Part shown: piece after piece, positions 14,330-28,838 of the stretch
Numbering within the stretch: the first letter of the stretch is position 1
Layout: every line of letters starts with the position of its first letter
Assembly (NCBI RefSeq): GCF_001194135.2
Contig: NC_068984.1
Span: 89,316,647-89,380,646, forward strand
DNA: 64,000 nt
DNA from: Octopus bimaculoides
Taxonomy: Eukaryota
Reading direction: 5' to 3'
Translations under genes and position numbers: made by a program
The notes under the pieces: model-generated
Seen by the model: the letters and a program-made list of their open reading frames with translations, nothing else
Databases searched by the model: none
Told to the model about the DNA's origin: nothing

Positions 14330-15470
14330 AGTACAACTGATTAGGAGGAAAATCAACTGAGATGAAATATAGTTTAGGGTATTATTGATGGTCTCTTCAT
14401 AGTAAGCCAGTTGCAAGAGAAGATTTTTGCTTAGAGCATACTTGTCTAGCTAGTATAAGTTGTTCTGAAGACAGCTTTGACAGGGTGCCATGCTTTCTTG
14501 TGGATGTCTCTAACAGAAAATGTTTAGATGAATGGCTTATGAGATTGGTGCAAGACATGTACAGAGATGATGTCAGTAAAGTGAAAGTTAGCAATGAGCT
14601 CTGTGTGAAATTTAGTATACAGGTAGGTGTTCACCAAGGCTTCTTAGCTCCCTCCTGTTTATTATAGTTCTCTAAGCTATAACACAGAAGTTTAAGATAG
14701 CTGTCCATTGAAGTTCTTAAAAGCTGATGACCTAATATTTATAGCAGAGTTTGCAGAAGATTCAGTGAAAAAATTCCAGATGTAGAAGCAAAATCTAGAA
14801 TCACAGGGCCTCAGAGCAAATCAAGTGATGACTAAATTTTTGTAAAAAAGAAAGATAGAACCTTGATGCCATTTAATATACAAATATTAAATATACCTTA
14901 TTTGATATACAAAAGAGGGATAGGAATTCTGTTTGGTGTACTTGATTTGAACTGTGAGTCCACAAGGGGTTTACTGAGATCACAGGTAGGTTGACTTTGT
15001 ATGCAGCAGTTGTACATGAGTGTTAACTACAAAGCACCAGTAAAATAAAATTTTTCCAATACCTAGAAGGTTTTCTGGCAACAATTGATTGTGTTCAAAA
15101 CAGAATGCTGCATGGTAATAAGACATGAGCTTTAAATACAAAATTTGTACTGGATGTGCAATGTTAGTGTACATGAGTGACAAAGCATAAATGCTAAGAG
15201 AAAAACTGGGTTTAAAGAGGAATTAGAGGTAGCTTGTAAGAAAGAAGACTGCTTTGGTATGGACATGTGATGTATATAGTTGATGATAGTTGGGTAAAAA
15301 AGTGCTAAGTGACTGAAATGGAAAGAAACTATGTAAGAGGAAAACAAGGTAGAAGTAGTGAAAACTGGTCTGAGATGCTGAACCTGACAAAGATGATTTA
15401 GGAATGCCACAAGTGGTGATATGTTGTATTGCAGGGAATCTGTCGAATCCATACAGGTATGGAAAAATTG
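14330..15470 (+). mobile_element. Degraded RTE-clade LINE reverse transcriptase fragment (PCYT2 intron)
   Basis: EWLMRLVQDMYRDDVSKVKV...VGVHQG, plus a downstream ADDL motif. Confidence 0.7.
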
Positions 15471-16394
15471 ACATAAAAATGTTGATGGTAATGCAACCTA
15501 ACTGCAGATAAAGGAAGACCTGTGAGAGATCAAGATATGTTATGCCAGGAATATTACTGTCAAGCAAACCTAGACTCAAGTCTTCAGCAATACAGCAATC
15601 TTGTAATAATTCTGTTTGTCATTGTGTTACTTAGCCCGTCAGTAACACTTTCACATGATTAAAAGAAAGAGGGAGAAAGAAAAGAGGAAGAGAGAAAAAG
15701 AGAGAAACTTTAATGACATGAGGTAGAGAGAATGTAATTTTAATGCTTTCAAGTAATTAGTTGAAGGGAAAGAGAGGAGAAAGAAAAAGAGCATACATGA
15801 TGTGGTAGGGGAAACGTAATATTTATTATGTAATTAAAAAAGTTAGTTGAAAGTAGTGATATAGAGAAAGAGAGTCAGAAATATTTTTAGTAGAGGGGTG
15901 ATGTTCTGATGGTGAAGTTAAAGAAAGGCTGAGAGGGGGGAGATGATGATGGTGGTGGAGGTAGCAGTGGTGTGTAGATAATGAGGAGTATATTTTTTAA
16001 AATTGAACTAAGTTTTTTGTATTACCTACCACTTAACAGATGCACATAAGTGCAATTCCATGAAATATTCATACTTGGCTGATATATGCAATTTAACTAA
16101 AGGTTGTATCATATGTATGGGACATTTTTTCTTATGGGAAAAATGGAAAAGTAAGAGTGAATATTATTTTATGAGTGCATGTATTAAGCCTATAAAATTG
16201 TGCATTCAGTAATCATCATATTCCAATTTCTTTCACTTTTCAATGAGTAGCAGATGAGTGACTATCTTTCCATACAGACACAACACAGGCTATGCTTTCA
16301 GGTTTTTTGGATAAAGTTTTCAGAAATAACCCAATAGGTTTACCATTAATTCCATGAAATATTCACGAGTCCTGCTAGTAATTATAATAATAAT

Positions 16395-17045
16395 GGTTTC
16401 TAATTTAGGCATAAAGCTAGCAATTTAGAAGAGGTGGGGGTGGTATAGTCAATACCATCAACCCTAGCACTTGGCTGATACTTTATTTTTTCAACCTTTG
16501 AAGATTGAAAAGCAAAGTTGGCATTGGTGGGATTTGAATGTAATTAGGCAGAACAAATGCAACAAAACGATTTTCACAATGTTCTAATGACTTCCAATAT
16601 ATAACCTATAATAATAATAATATTAATAATAATAATAATAATCATGGTTTCAAATTTTGGCACAAGACTGGCAACTTTGGTAGAGGGGTTACATCAACCC
16701 CAGTCCACAACTGGTACTTATTTTATCAATCCCGAAAGGATGAAAGACAAAGTTAACCTTGGTGGCATTAGAGTGTGAAAATGGACAAGATACCACTAAA
16801 CATTTTTTCTGGTGTGCTAATGATTCTGCCAGCTTGCTGCCTTATAATAATTATTATTAATAATGATAATAATAGTTTCTAATTTAGACACAAGGCCAAC
16901 AGTTTTAAGAGTGAGGGTTAGTCAATGCCATCAACTTCAGTGCTTGATTGGGAAAGGCCAAAGCTGGCCTTGGTGGAATTTGAACTCAGTATGTAACAAA
17001 TACTATAAGGTATTTTATTTGATGCTTGAATGATTCTGCCAGTCC
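16395..17045 (-). mobile_element. Three tandem copies of SINE family B separated by (TAA)n
   Basis: Repeated TTTGGCACAAGGCCAG...CCCCAGTGCTC..CTGGTACTTATTT..GAAAGGATGAAA...GAACTCAG. Also at about 1500-1712 and 8670-8883. Confidence 0.8.
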
Positions 17046-17096
17046 TCCATTATAGTTAAGCATTTTTTAATTATTTTTTTTCCTAAATGAATTAAA

Positions 17097-17575
17097 NNNN
17101 NNNNNNNNNNNNNNNNNNNNNNNNNNNNNNNNNNNNNNNNNNNNNNNNNNNNNNNNNNNNNNNNNNNNNNNNNNNNNNNNNNNNNNNNNNNNNNNNNNNN
17201 NNNNNNNNNNNNNNNNNNNNNNNNNNNNNNNNNNNNNNNNNNNNNNNNNNNNNNNNNNNNNNNNNNNNNNNNNNNNNNNNNNNNNNNNNNNNNNNNNNNN
17301 NNNNNNNNNNNNNNNNNNNNNNNNNNNNNNNNNNNNNNNNNNNNNNNNNNNNNNNNNNNNNNNNNNNNNNNNNNNNNNNNNNNNNNNNNNNNNNNNNNNN
17401 NNNNNNNNNNNNNNNNNNNNNNNNNNNNNNNNNNNNNNNNNNNNNNNNNNNNNNNNNNNNNNNNNNNNNNNNNNNNNNNNNNNNNNNNNNNNNNNNNNNN
17501 NNNNNNNNNNNNNNNNNNNNNNNNNNNNNNNNNNNNNNNNNNNNNNNNNNNNNNNNNNNNNNNNNNNNNNNNNNN
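17097..17575. other. Assembly gap hiding the start of the last PCYT2 exon (other gaps: 6961-7110, 20242-20251, 57887-58067, 63494-63503)
   Basis: Runs of n. Confidence 0.98.
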
Positions 17576-17629
17576 AAAAATGAAAAGGAACTGAAAATTT
17601 TAGAAGCAATGAAAAACAATTTCCATTGA
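17576..17629 (+). CDS. PCYT2: PCYT2 terminal coding exon, visible part: KNEKELKILEAMKNNFH*. The 5' part lies in the N gap.
   Basis: The open frame directly after gap 17097-17575 resembles the PCYT2 C-terminal helix (human ...KKEAKELAFLEAA...). It ends in TGA and is followed by a long AT-rich stretch. Confidence 0.7.
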   Translation, partial: KNEKELKILEAMKNNFH

Positions 17630-20600
17630 ATTTGAGTCAACCAAAAGAAAGCCTTCACTCTATAGCTTCTGCTTCTTTATTTTCTACCCTTTAACATTCA
17701 GAACATCTGTTTGGATTCAGCTAAGAAAAATATTACTTTATCTTGCTAGCAATACAATGTTTATCTTAATCACTCATCCTCTCACCTTTTTTAAACTTAA
17801 TTTTTTTTTCTAGACAAACATGTATATTTATATATATGTTTAAAAAAAAAAGCACTACTATGATATATGTTTGAATATTTTTATTTATGTATGTAATTGG
17901 TTCATCTAATTTGGCTTTTCTGGTTTTATTAATCAAATGTAATCCCTTGCTCAAATCTTGAAATAACTCATGTTTTAACATTTAAATTTATGAGGTATTT
18001 TTAATATTTTTAATATTTTAAAAAATTAGTGAATTTTGATGTTTTATGATTAAATAATACTATTTAGAAAATGAATTTTAAAATAATTTCCAAAAAAAAC
18101 AAATACAGTTTACAAATGAATTCTTAAAAGGAATATTAAAATAAAACTGTTACCTAATATAATATTTAATGGTATAATATTACATGATTTTTGATATAAT
18201 ATTTAAATATGATATTTAAGGCTACATTAACATTATTTATGCAATATTTTTGTTGAAACTATGTCATGAATGAAATTAGAAGGCATAAAGACATTAGTTA
18301 CATATTTCAATGATCAGACTGTATTTGGCAAAATTCTATTTGCTATTTAAGTATAAAGTGTATTTGTATGAGACGGAAAAATAGTCAAAGTATATGTACA
18401 AATTTTCTTATTTATCTTTTCCTTTCTGCTTAATATGTGTATTTTTGTATGCATACAAGCAAGAACTTCTATTTATTTTTCTAAAAATTTTTAATAAGAG
18501 ATTTAATCCTTTCAGCTAATGAACAAAAATAATTAATGTCATTTTGATCACATATTTCTAGGACTGTTATAACAGGTGTTTGTTCATCACACTCTTAATT
18601 GATGTTTACAATATGCATAGTACATAAATTTTCCTCAGATCATTCATCTCACTACCACCTCGCTCAGCAAGACCCAATGCTGAATGGTTTCAACATCAAC
18701 TTATTGTTCAGACTTCCAAAATTAAACATAATACTAACATTCATAAACATATGTAGTATATAGTTGTCAAACTAAATTTGCAATTTTCAAGGCATCTTTT
18801 CAAAACTAATGATTCTGTAGGATTTAAAATATTTTTGCAGTTTAAATAATAGAATTATATATCATATAAAATGCTTGTAATTCAGAAAGTGTTTTAAAAA
18901 TAAGATTAATTTTGAGTGTGTCGAAATAGCTTTAGTTATTTATCCATAAGATAATTAAATTGTAGATTACTTTCGAAACTAAACAACAAAGATTTCCACT
19001 ATCTTTTTAACAGATTAGGATTAAGATACAACATTTATGGAGAGAGGAAATATTATGATGCCCATTCAATATCAGTATAATAATACTATCATTTTTTTAA
19101 AAATCAGCTTCATATAATAATTATACTGTTGTTTTATCAAAATACTTTTTAAAATCCACTGGGGCTCAAGCGTTAATGAATTAAATATACTAACAACTGT
19201 CATATTTCACCTTCAAAGGATTGTGCTGCCAAAGTGAAATAAAGTGGCTTTAACTAATGAGACCAGACAACATTCAGCTTGTCTCTCTTTCTGTCATGCT
19301 CTTATCCTTGAAATAGACTTTAAATAAGATTGAATATGTTTGTTTATCACTACTTTTGTAGAAGACTTTCCTGCCATTGCACTACACAACTGGAATCAAT
19401 ACAAGTTTACTAGTTTCAACAATATTATAAAATATAAATGCTTTTATTAAATATCTTAATTTTTAAATAGTTTAACATTTCCAGTTTTAATTTTTTTTTT
19501 TTTCTATGATTGGAACTACTGTTCAATTGTTTTATTGTCAGCTTGACCCCTAATTTTTGCATACATAAGCTTAACCCTCAACTCTTGAATACATTCTTTG
19601 TTTCTAATTCATTAACATTAAATATAGAAACTAACCAATAAATCTCATACAGACTTCAATGCAGTGTCTATCAATTTTTAAATGAGTTTTCTGTACCTGA
19701 CTGCTAAATGTCATTAAGCATAGCTGTTAACATTGAAATCTACTTTACAAATAAGATTGTGTTAAAGACCAGGCTAAGCTATATAAGAACAGGATCCTTG
19801 AAGATTATTTCAAAATGGACTAATTAAAGACATACTGTGGAACATAGAGATACACATAAGATGACATTGATAGTACGGATACTTCAACCAGTCTATAAAT
19901 AATTTTGTTGGTTCTAAACACTTTCTTCTTTCTAAAATTCCATATTCCTATCCCGTCCCATATATTCAAACTCTTTGTAATAAACAAGGTTTCATGTATT
20001 TTACTTCATGCTTTTCTTTCACCCAGTGGTCATTCAATATCAGGACTATAATACCAATATAAATTATGAAATTAGCTTAATATAATTATACTGTTTTATA
20101 AATATACATTGAAAATCCACTGGGGCTCAAAAGTTGAAGAGTTAAATTATCCATTTCAACTTTATCATTACAGACTATTTCATATGCAAATGTTTTCGAT
20201 GCCTTATCAAATTTTTGTGAAATTATATATATATATATATANNNNNNNNNNTATATATATGCACACACATACACACAGATATGTGTATTTTATTTACATT
20301 ATCCATAAAAATCTATAAATCTGACTTGGAGACCACCTGTTTAAAAGGTCATCAAAATTTTGTCTTTGTATATTGAACAGCTTGATTGCTCTAAATCTGT
20401 CATGTTTTGAGCTTTGTGCGTGTTTTTCTGTTTTTCCATCAGAAATTATATTGTCTCAAATTACCATTTTCAATTGAAAATATATAATTCATGTAAAATA
20501 CTAATTTTTTCAAAAATATTCAATTTGTTAATAATAAATGTCCTTTATTTCTCCTTTTAAGAAATTGAAATGTAAAGTTTCTTTTTTATTATGACTCATT

Positions 20601-21659
20601 AGATTTTTTTAAAAATATGAATGTTTATTTTTTAATATTTTAATTGAAAAATAAGCAATAAATTTTTAACTCATTTAATGAAGCTCAACGTGGGAAATTT
20701 TTAAGGAATATATTTCTGTAATATAAACTGGTGAATTTTTAAAAATTAAATCTGGCCCCTAGAAAATGTTAATGATGCACTAGAATTATTTAGTTTTAGC
20801 TTTGTAAGTCATTGAATTGTTCTTTAATGAATACCTTCTCTAATTTCAGAAGATAATTTCATTTATTTTTTTATTTTTACTAGTTTATCAGTTAGACTGC
20901 AGTGCTGCATTTAAGGGTTTTGTCCAATCATAAATCATTTCACTACATTGTATTTAGCGAGTACTTTGTGATAAGCTAAGTTTTCTTCAACAAAATTATA
21001 TAAGATATTTTATGTTTAACTAGGCTTTACATCTTAGAATTAGTCTTTTCAATTTCCTTTATGTAATGGTTAAATTTAGTTGTAAATTTCTTTTAAATTT
21101 TGAAATTATTTCTTCTGTATCTAGATGTGAATATGAGACATAATAAGTACTTATTTATTTATCTAAAACTGTTTGTTTGTAATTTTGTTTTGAACTAACT
21201 TACCTCACTATATTAAATTTTTGTTTTTTTACTATTTCATTTTTACAATCTGAGTTTGATTTTAAACTTTTACCCCTTCCTAGTTGAAGTTATCACGACT
21301 AGTTGCATAATAGTTAAAACTCCATCTCTGTGTTTGATAGTGTTGTTAGGAATGTTAATATTTTTCCTTCTCCCACTATTATTATCTCAAAACAATTCTG
21401 GTGCAATACCAATAGTTTTTTTTTTTTGTTTTATTTTTAATTAAAACAAAGTTGACTATGTAACAAAAAAGTTTGTTATGGTTGTTTACTGTTTACCCAT
21501 TTTTAACATTGTTATTGTCTTAAATTATATAAATTTGGAAATAAATTCTGGACAAAAATCTGTTGTGCATTCATCTTTTATAGGGATAAGCATTCATCTG
21601 AAACTCAATGCCAATGATCAATAGAATTTTTGATGACTTATAGAAACTTTAGTGAAACA

Positions 21660-21705
<46 letters not shown>

Positions 21706-21709
<4 letters not shown>

Positions 21710-22671
21710 AGAACGACCGTGCGAACCAAAAGGAGAAATGGTGACGAATGGAAAAACAGGCTCCTTTTTAAAATGCGTCACACGGTCGACACAAAATATA
21801 ATGTTATATGTTATAATACTATAACATAGAGAAATAAGAAGTTTGCCAGGAAGGACAAGATAGGACTCAACCGATAAAGATGAATAACGGTAAGATTTAT
21901 TGGAGCATTAAACTGTATGTTTGTGTGTGAGTGAATGCGACATAATGAAATACAATACAAGACAGGCCATCATGTAAACAAAAGAGTGTGTGCAAGTAAT
22001 ACATGTATGTGTATGTAAGAGTTACAGAGTATATTTAAGAGTCAGTAACACGGATAAGGAAATACCAGTTCTGTTGAGGTACACAGTTAGATTGTAGGTC
22101 TGTATGTAAGAAGTTAAGGTTAAGGCAGAGCTGTCACTCGTCATGATGTTGGGGCTTCTATGCCGGGCCGGATTCTTGAATACAGATGTTCTTCGCAGGC
22201 TGAATTCTGGCTGTTATTTCATGGTGAGCAAATCACACAAACAGGGTTGAGAAGCTGCGGTGGTTGTTTGGTAGCTGTTGGTAGCTTGTGTACGTGCAGA
22301 AGTCATGTTGAGGCTGGTAGTTGTAGTTGAAGTGGTTGTTGATATCGTCGCTGGAACTGGCTGGTTGGTTGGTGCTGTGTTACGCGTGTGTGGTCAAACG
22401 ACCAGATCTTAGAAGATCTGAGCCGCAACAAATTGGCGGGTATCTAGCAGGCTATTTATAGATACAGATAGGCTCCAGAGAAGCATCAGAAGAACACTCT
22501 CACGTGACCTTATTAGGGGCTACGGTTGGTCGATTTGCGTCCTGGCTCAAACGGTGTGGAGACAATTGCCGCCCAAATAATAGTCAGTCAGGTGATGACA
22601 GGGAAAGAGATGTTCTCTGCTACGCTCGCATTTGTTTGTATATAATGGTGATAGAGGTTAGTTTCACTACA
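21706..22671 (-). mobile_element. Probable solo LTR inserted in a (TA)n microsatellite
   Basis: TG...CA termini, 966 bp, with (TA)n on both sides. CpG-rich. Minus-strand TATAAATA (22453-60) and AATAAA (21896-901). Confidence 0.6.
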
Positions 22672-22682
22672 TATATATATAT

Positions 22683-22740
<58 letters not shown>

Positions 22741-23092
22741 AATAAATCATAAATCTGAAAGGGAAGTACACTGTAAGTTATAGAGCAGTAGAGTATATAG
22801 TAAAGATAGATATATCTTTATCTATCTATACACACACACATAGGTATAGCTCTAAGGAATCAATAAACTTATTGGGATCTACTACTATTGCAGAATACAT
22901 GGCTAAATGGATTGAGTATCAGAAAATCAGCATCCACCAAGAGTTCAGTAGTTTGTGGATAACCATAACATATTGTGACACAATACCAAAGTTATTTTCA
23001 GTTGGTGTTCCTGCTAAAAATTGGTATTGCCTGCTACTTCAAGCAGCAAGAGCACAGTAAAAATGTTTCATTATCTTCTAGAGCTGAGTTAG

Positions 23093-23287
23093 CCCTTTTG
23101 CATTTAAACTGACCATATTTGGTCTGAATATTCTATGTGTTTTACGTTCAAACTGGTTAGATCTAGCCTCTGACACCTTTCCTACAATATCATTCTGAAA
23201 ATAAAATCATATCACCAAAATCTTCAAGTTAAGGATAATTTATGATAATTCAAAATAATTTTATAGAGTAATCTGAATGCTAAAGGG
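23093..23287. mobile_element. piggyBac-like MITE (copy 1)
   Basis: TTAG-CCCTTTTGCATT ... AATGCTAAAGGG-TTAA. The interior is homologous to 31305-31479. Confidence 0.7.
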
Positions 23288-25592
23288 TTAAACTCCTCCA
23301 GATTGGAGAGAGGTATGCCTCAAATTGATTTGATGCATGTAAGTTACATGATGAAAGTTTTCAGTGACACCTGTGTGACCCAAAGGATTTAAGCAATAAC
23401 TACACCGCTGTTACTAATGACTATGTATTAAATATTAAGCCTTTTCTGAATTTCATTTATATCATTCTTATGTTAACAAAATGAAAATGTGTAAGGTAGA
23501 ATATAAGCATGTTGCACATCATACTATGTTCACCAAATAGAGTAATGGTTAAACTCATAGGAAAAAGGCATGACTAAGTCTTTTTGGATAACCAATAGCT
23601 TTGCAGTTATTGTGAAGTATATTATTCTTAATTGATAGCTGGTCAGCTAGTTTCTTCAAAATCATTGACAACAATAACCTCATAGAGACTAAGTTAAAGA
23701 CTACCACTTTAAAAATCTCTGCAAGGAGGCTATGGTAACAATTCAAAGATTGAAGAGGGCATGAATCTAAAATTTATTTACTATCTGTAGCATAAATTTT
23801 ATGAAGTGAAACTGTAGTCATGGTCATTGCCAGTGTCATGTAAATGACACCCATGGAATTATAGTTGTGACCATTGATGGTTACCAGCTTACCAGTTCCA
23901 GTCAAACCATTTAATCCATGCCAGCATGGAAAGAGGATATTAAATGATGATGATGATGATGATGCCAATGAATTGGTCTTGTACCAGTCTGATGACATTG
24001 ACTTTATTGTGGTGAAAAATAGGGACAGTCAATGATTACAAAATAGATACCTGGTAAGTAATGTGCTTCCAAAATGAATTAAAAACTATTAAAGTTTACA
24101 ATGAAAGTAGAACCACAATTTGAGTATGTACTAAAATCTGACTGAAGGCCTGCTCCCATACAGCACTAACAAATACTTGATTTGAGCATTTCTACAATGA
24201 AGAAAATCATTTTTGTTTAGAGAGCTTTGGAACAGCTACAGAAGGTAAGAGATAGACTATGGAAAAACCGAAAAAAAAAAAAAAGGAAAACAGCCAGATG
24301 GAATGATAGATATCAGGTATACAAGCTAGAGAAGTGTAGAGTAGCAGTTTTATTAGTAAGATTTTTGATTCCTTAAATTTGAGAAGTATGAAATACCTAG
24401 ATGTGTAAAGCAGTGGTACAAAAGATATGAAATAGTATGAATTATGTATAATAATAGTCAGTGACTATGAAAAAAAGTATGTTGATTTAGGCACGTTAAC
24501 TGTGAACAAGAATAAAGAATTACAAATGTGTCACTATTAACAAAGAAAATGCAGGTGCAGGCAAGGCTCTGTTGTAAGAAGCTTGCTTCCCAACTACATG
24601 GTTCCAGGTTCAGCCCCACTGCATGGTACCTTGGGCAAGTGTCTTCTACTTTATCCTTGGGCTGACCAAAGCTTTGTGAGTGGATTTAGTAGAGGGAAAC
24701 TGAAAGAAGCCCATCATATATCATCATCGTTTAATGTCCATCTTCCATGCATGCATGGATAGGATGCTTCACAGGAGCTGGCCGGGTAGAAAAACTATCC
24801 TATGCTACTCTGTTTTGGTACAGTTATGGCTGGATACCCTTCCTAACACCAACCACTCTGCAGAATGGAGTCAGTGCTTTTTATGAATCCACTCAGGCGA
24901 GGTTAGTTTTGGCATGATTTTTATAGCTGGATACCCTTTGAAATGCCAACCACTTTACAGTGTGAACTGGATGCTTTTTATGTGGTACCAGCACTGGCAG
25001 GGTCACCAAGTAACTTGCAAGACAAGGAATTATGAGAGGGGCATTTGAGGAGGGAAACTCATGTCAGAGGATGACAAAGAGGCAAAACAGGTGTCTTGCT
25101 ATAATGGAGGGGACACTGAAAGAGGTGATCCAGTATCAGATGATGAAAAGTTAGAGTGCAACAGAGAAATAGGTGTTTTGCTATAGAGGAAGTACATGGT
25201 CACCTAGTGAGAAAGAGAGAGAGCAAATAAGAACAAGGGCAGAAATAGGTGTGCTGCTGTAGAGGAGATACATGGCTACCCAGCCAGAGGGAAGAGAGAG
25301 AGAGAGTAGGAAACAGCAAAAGTGTAAGAGAGATAGAGAAGTGCCAGGATATACTCACACAGAACAAGGATCAGAGCATAGATGTGATGGTAAAGAAAAG
25401 AGGTATAATATGCACTGTTAGATGTTGCCAAGAAGATGCAAGTAGGGAGTGGAGATTGCAGTGACTGGCAAAAACCAGAGTAGAGGGCAGTGAAAGCAAG
25501 AAAGGGGATTGGAAGACAATCATAGTTTATGAAGAGGAAATGTAAAAAAGAGAAAGATGCTGTTTAGAAGAGATGTAGTTTGGTTTCTTGGG

Positions 25593-25790
25593 GTAGGACG
25601 TGAAAAGTTTCTTGTCACATGTGGGTGGGACAACTCTTCCAGCACAGTTTTGCAGATGGGTCTTCTCTAGAACCTTATATCACCAAACGTCTTGGTCCAT
25701 TGTTAGCTCCTCTGTGGCATAGTACTCTCTAGTGATGGTGTAGTCCATTTGAAAATAGTCAATAAACACAATACCTTTTGTATCCCAGAA
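25593..25790 (-). mobile_element. Mariner-derived fragment
   Basis: Minus translation FWDTKGIVFIDYFQMDYTITREYY matches the mariner catalytic region. Confidence 0.65.
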
Positions 25791-28426
25791 TGCTGTGCGT
25801 GAGAAGACCCGGCAAGCCAAGTGAGACCATAATCCGAGGCCTCTGCCAGGGGTGTAGCCAGTCCACTTAAGCATACCTTTTCTTCATTGGACACTAAACT
25901 CTGCTTGCAAAGACCTGTTGAGGTAAGTGAAATCGAAATCGAACCAAATTTGATGACTGGCACCTATGCCAACCTCTCCTTCATTGGACACTAAACTCTG
26001 CTTGCGAAGACCTGTTGAGGCAAGTGAAATCGAAATCGTGTTGGCACCTGTACCAGTGGAGCGCTAAGAGCACTGTCCGAGCAGCTGTCTGGCTCCCGTG
26101 CCAGTGGCATGTTAATAGCACCATTTGAGCATGATCGTTACCAGTACCGCCTGACTGGCCTTCATGCTGGTGGTATGTAAAAGCACCCATTACACTCTCA
26201 GAGTGGTTGGCGTTAGGAAGTGCATCCAACCATCATCGCCATCTTCTTTGTTCGCACGGTCGTTCGATTACAAATGTATAAAAGAAATCAGATGCAATTT
26301 GTACTGGTACAGGTATATGACATGTATTGAGGATGACAGCTGCATATAGAAGTAAAGATTTTCCAATAATCTTTCCCTTATGACAAAGGTAAGAGATATT
26401 GCTCGCTGTGTAATCTAGAATTATTTTTTATATTATTCTCTAAGGGTAAGTTAATAAATAAACTCACATACAATGCATTCAGATGTAGCCATTTTCTTAG
26501 ACATACGTTTTTCTGGTTTAAATAAATTATAAATTTCAGTATGATCGGGTATTATAATATAATATTAGGTTTAAAAGACAGGATATATTAAATGTATAAT
26601 TTATCACTAATAATCAAATTGTATATTTGTATTTATTTACTAAAGTTTCTAGAGATAATATAATATAGATTTCCATTAGTTTAGAATTTATTACCAGGAA
26701 TGAATAATTTGTAATACTTGATTGTTTATAATTAATAATATTATTAGGGTTTTCTCCTTTAGATGGACTTTTATTTAAGGAGGAATTTGAATATGGATCA
26801 GACTTGGAGATTATAAATTTTTTTTGGTGTTTACTTTTTACCCTGAGGATGTGTAAGGTAATTTACTTATTTAACTTGAATTGAGAGTTGAATTTGACCT
26901 TATACAGAAATGTTGACATAGGTAATAAACTTTAATATAAATGGATATTAGCGTCAAAACTCTTATTAAAATTTTTGATATATAATCAAGGAGATCGATC
27001 CATAAGGAGCTTACTACAGACCTTTGTGGATGAATTTTTGCTATTTTGGTCACGATTACATGTTTTATCTCACCAATACATTGTGTAGATATCATTATAT
27101 GAACACACATATATATATATACACACACACACACACTCCATGCTTCTTAGTTTCCAACTGTAAAATTCCCTCTTTTGACATCGGTTGGCTCTGTGCTATA
27201 GTATGAGATACTTATCCCAAGGTACTGTAGAAGCCATCTGGTTGAGAAGTAAATTTCTCAAAAAGACAGCATGCTTGCACCTTCATCATCAAACATCCAT
27301 TTCCCATGCTGGCATGGGTTGAACAGGAGCTGGCAAGGCTAGGGGCTGCACTAGGTTCCACAGCCTGTTTTGACTTGGTTTCTACAGCTGTATGCCCTTC
27401 CTAACACCAACCACTTTACAGAATGTACTAGGCGCTTTTTACATAAAACATTTTTCTTCATCTGTTGAAAACAGCTTTAGAAAATTGGGTAAAATACCCC
27501 TACAGCTATTCTCCTGTATTCAAGATTTTCTTCATTTTTAAAAACATTTTATCTCACTCAATGTTTACTTATGAAATAAATGTTCTCACATCTTTTCTTT
27601 ATATCATCGTTAAAAACAATATTTTTTGGGGGATGTAGGAAATATGGTCTAACAGTATTTAGTTTGCATAGGATTAACTACAAGTTAGTTTAAAATTAGA
27701 TGGTACCGGCATAATTATATCTTTAGAAAACTACAAAGGCAATTTGCTACTAACCTAGTAACATTTAGCTGGGTTTTCAAAAATAATAATTTAATCTACA
27801 ATAATAGCAGACTTGGTTCTGACAAGTTTAATATCTTGCGCACTAATTATTTGAAGATAAAAAAACAAAAACTTAATGAAGCCTATAAAAAACAATGGAT
27901 TCACTGTTTTAATGTCCACTTTTTACGCACACCGTCACTGGTAACAAAAATGCTTTACTATTTCTATACAGGAACAAAATCCTATTATTGATAAAGAAAT
28001 ATTCTAATGTCTAAGAGAATATAATCATGAATCTGCTGCTTCTATTATAACAAGATCAACCAATCAAATACCCAAATGTATGGACTATAGCAAATAAACA
28101 TATTGCCAGATTTAAGTTAGTTTAAATATTGTTTACACTACTTCAATGAAACATTAAATTGATTGTTTTAAGTCAGATGTGGATCTTCTTCATTTATCTG
28201 AATCATGAGCATCAAAAAACGGAGTCATATCAATATAAGGACTATTTTAACATGCTAATTAAGAAAATAAAATATATTTGATGATTAATATAGCATAACA
28301 TTCATGACAAGAAACAAGAAAATTGTTGAAAATCAGAAGAAAAGTAGTATTCTATGGATAATTACTTTGAAAATATGCAACAAAACATTGCAAACTGTTA
28401 GTTTTTTTTACCACTTTGGTACCTTT

Positions 28427-28564
28427 CAGGCATAGGTATGGCTGTGTGGTACGAAGCTTGCTCTCCAACTGCATGGTTCCTGATTCAGTCCCACTATACT
28501 ATAGCCTTGGGCTGACCAAAGCCTTTTGAGTGGATTTGGTAGACAGAAACTGAAAGAAGCTTAT

Positions 28565-28631
<67 letters not shown>

Positions 28632-28838
28632 ATGTGTGTGTGTGTATCTTTGTGTCTGTGTTTGTCCCACCACCACCGCTTGACAACTGGTTTACATCCC
28701 TGATGGCAAAAAGATACTGATAGAATAAATACCAGGCTTTAAATTTTGGGATCAATTTAATCGACTAAAAAAACCCTTCAAGGCAGTGCCCCAGCATGGC
28801 CACAATCAAATGAGTGAAACAAGTAAAAGATAAAAGAT
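28427..28838 (+). mobile_element. SINE family A copy
   Basis: Homologous head, central (TG)n(TA)n, and AAAAGAT tail. Confidence 0.8.
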
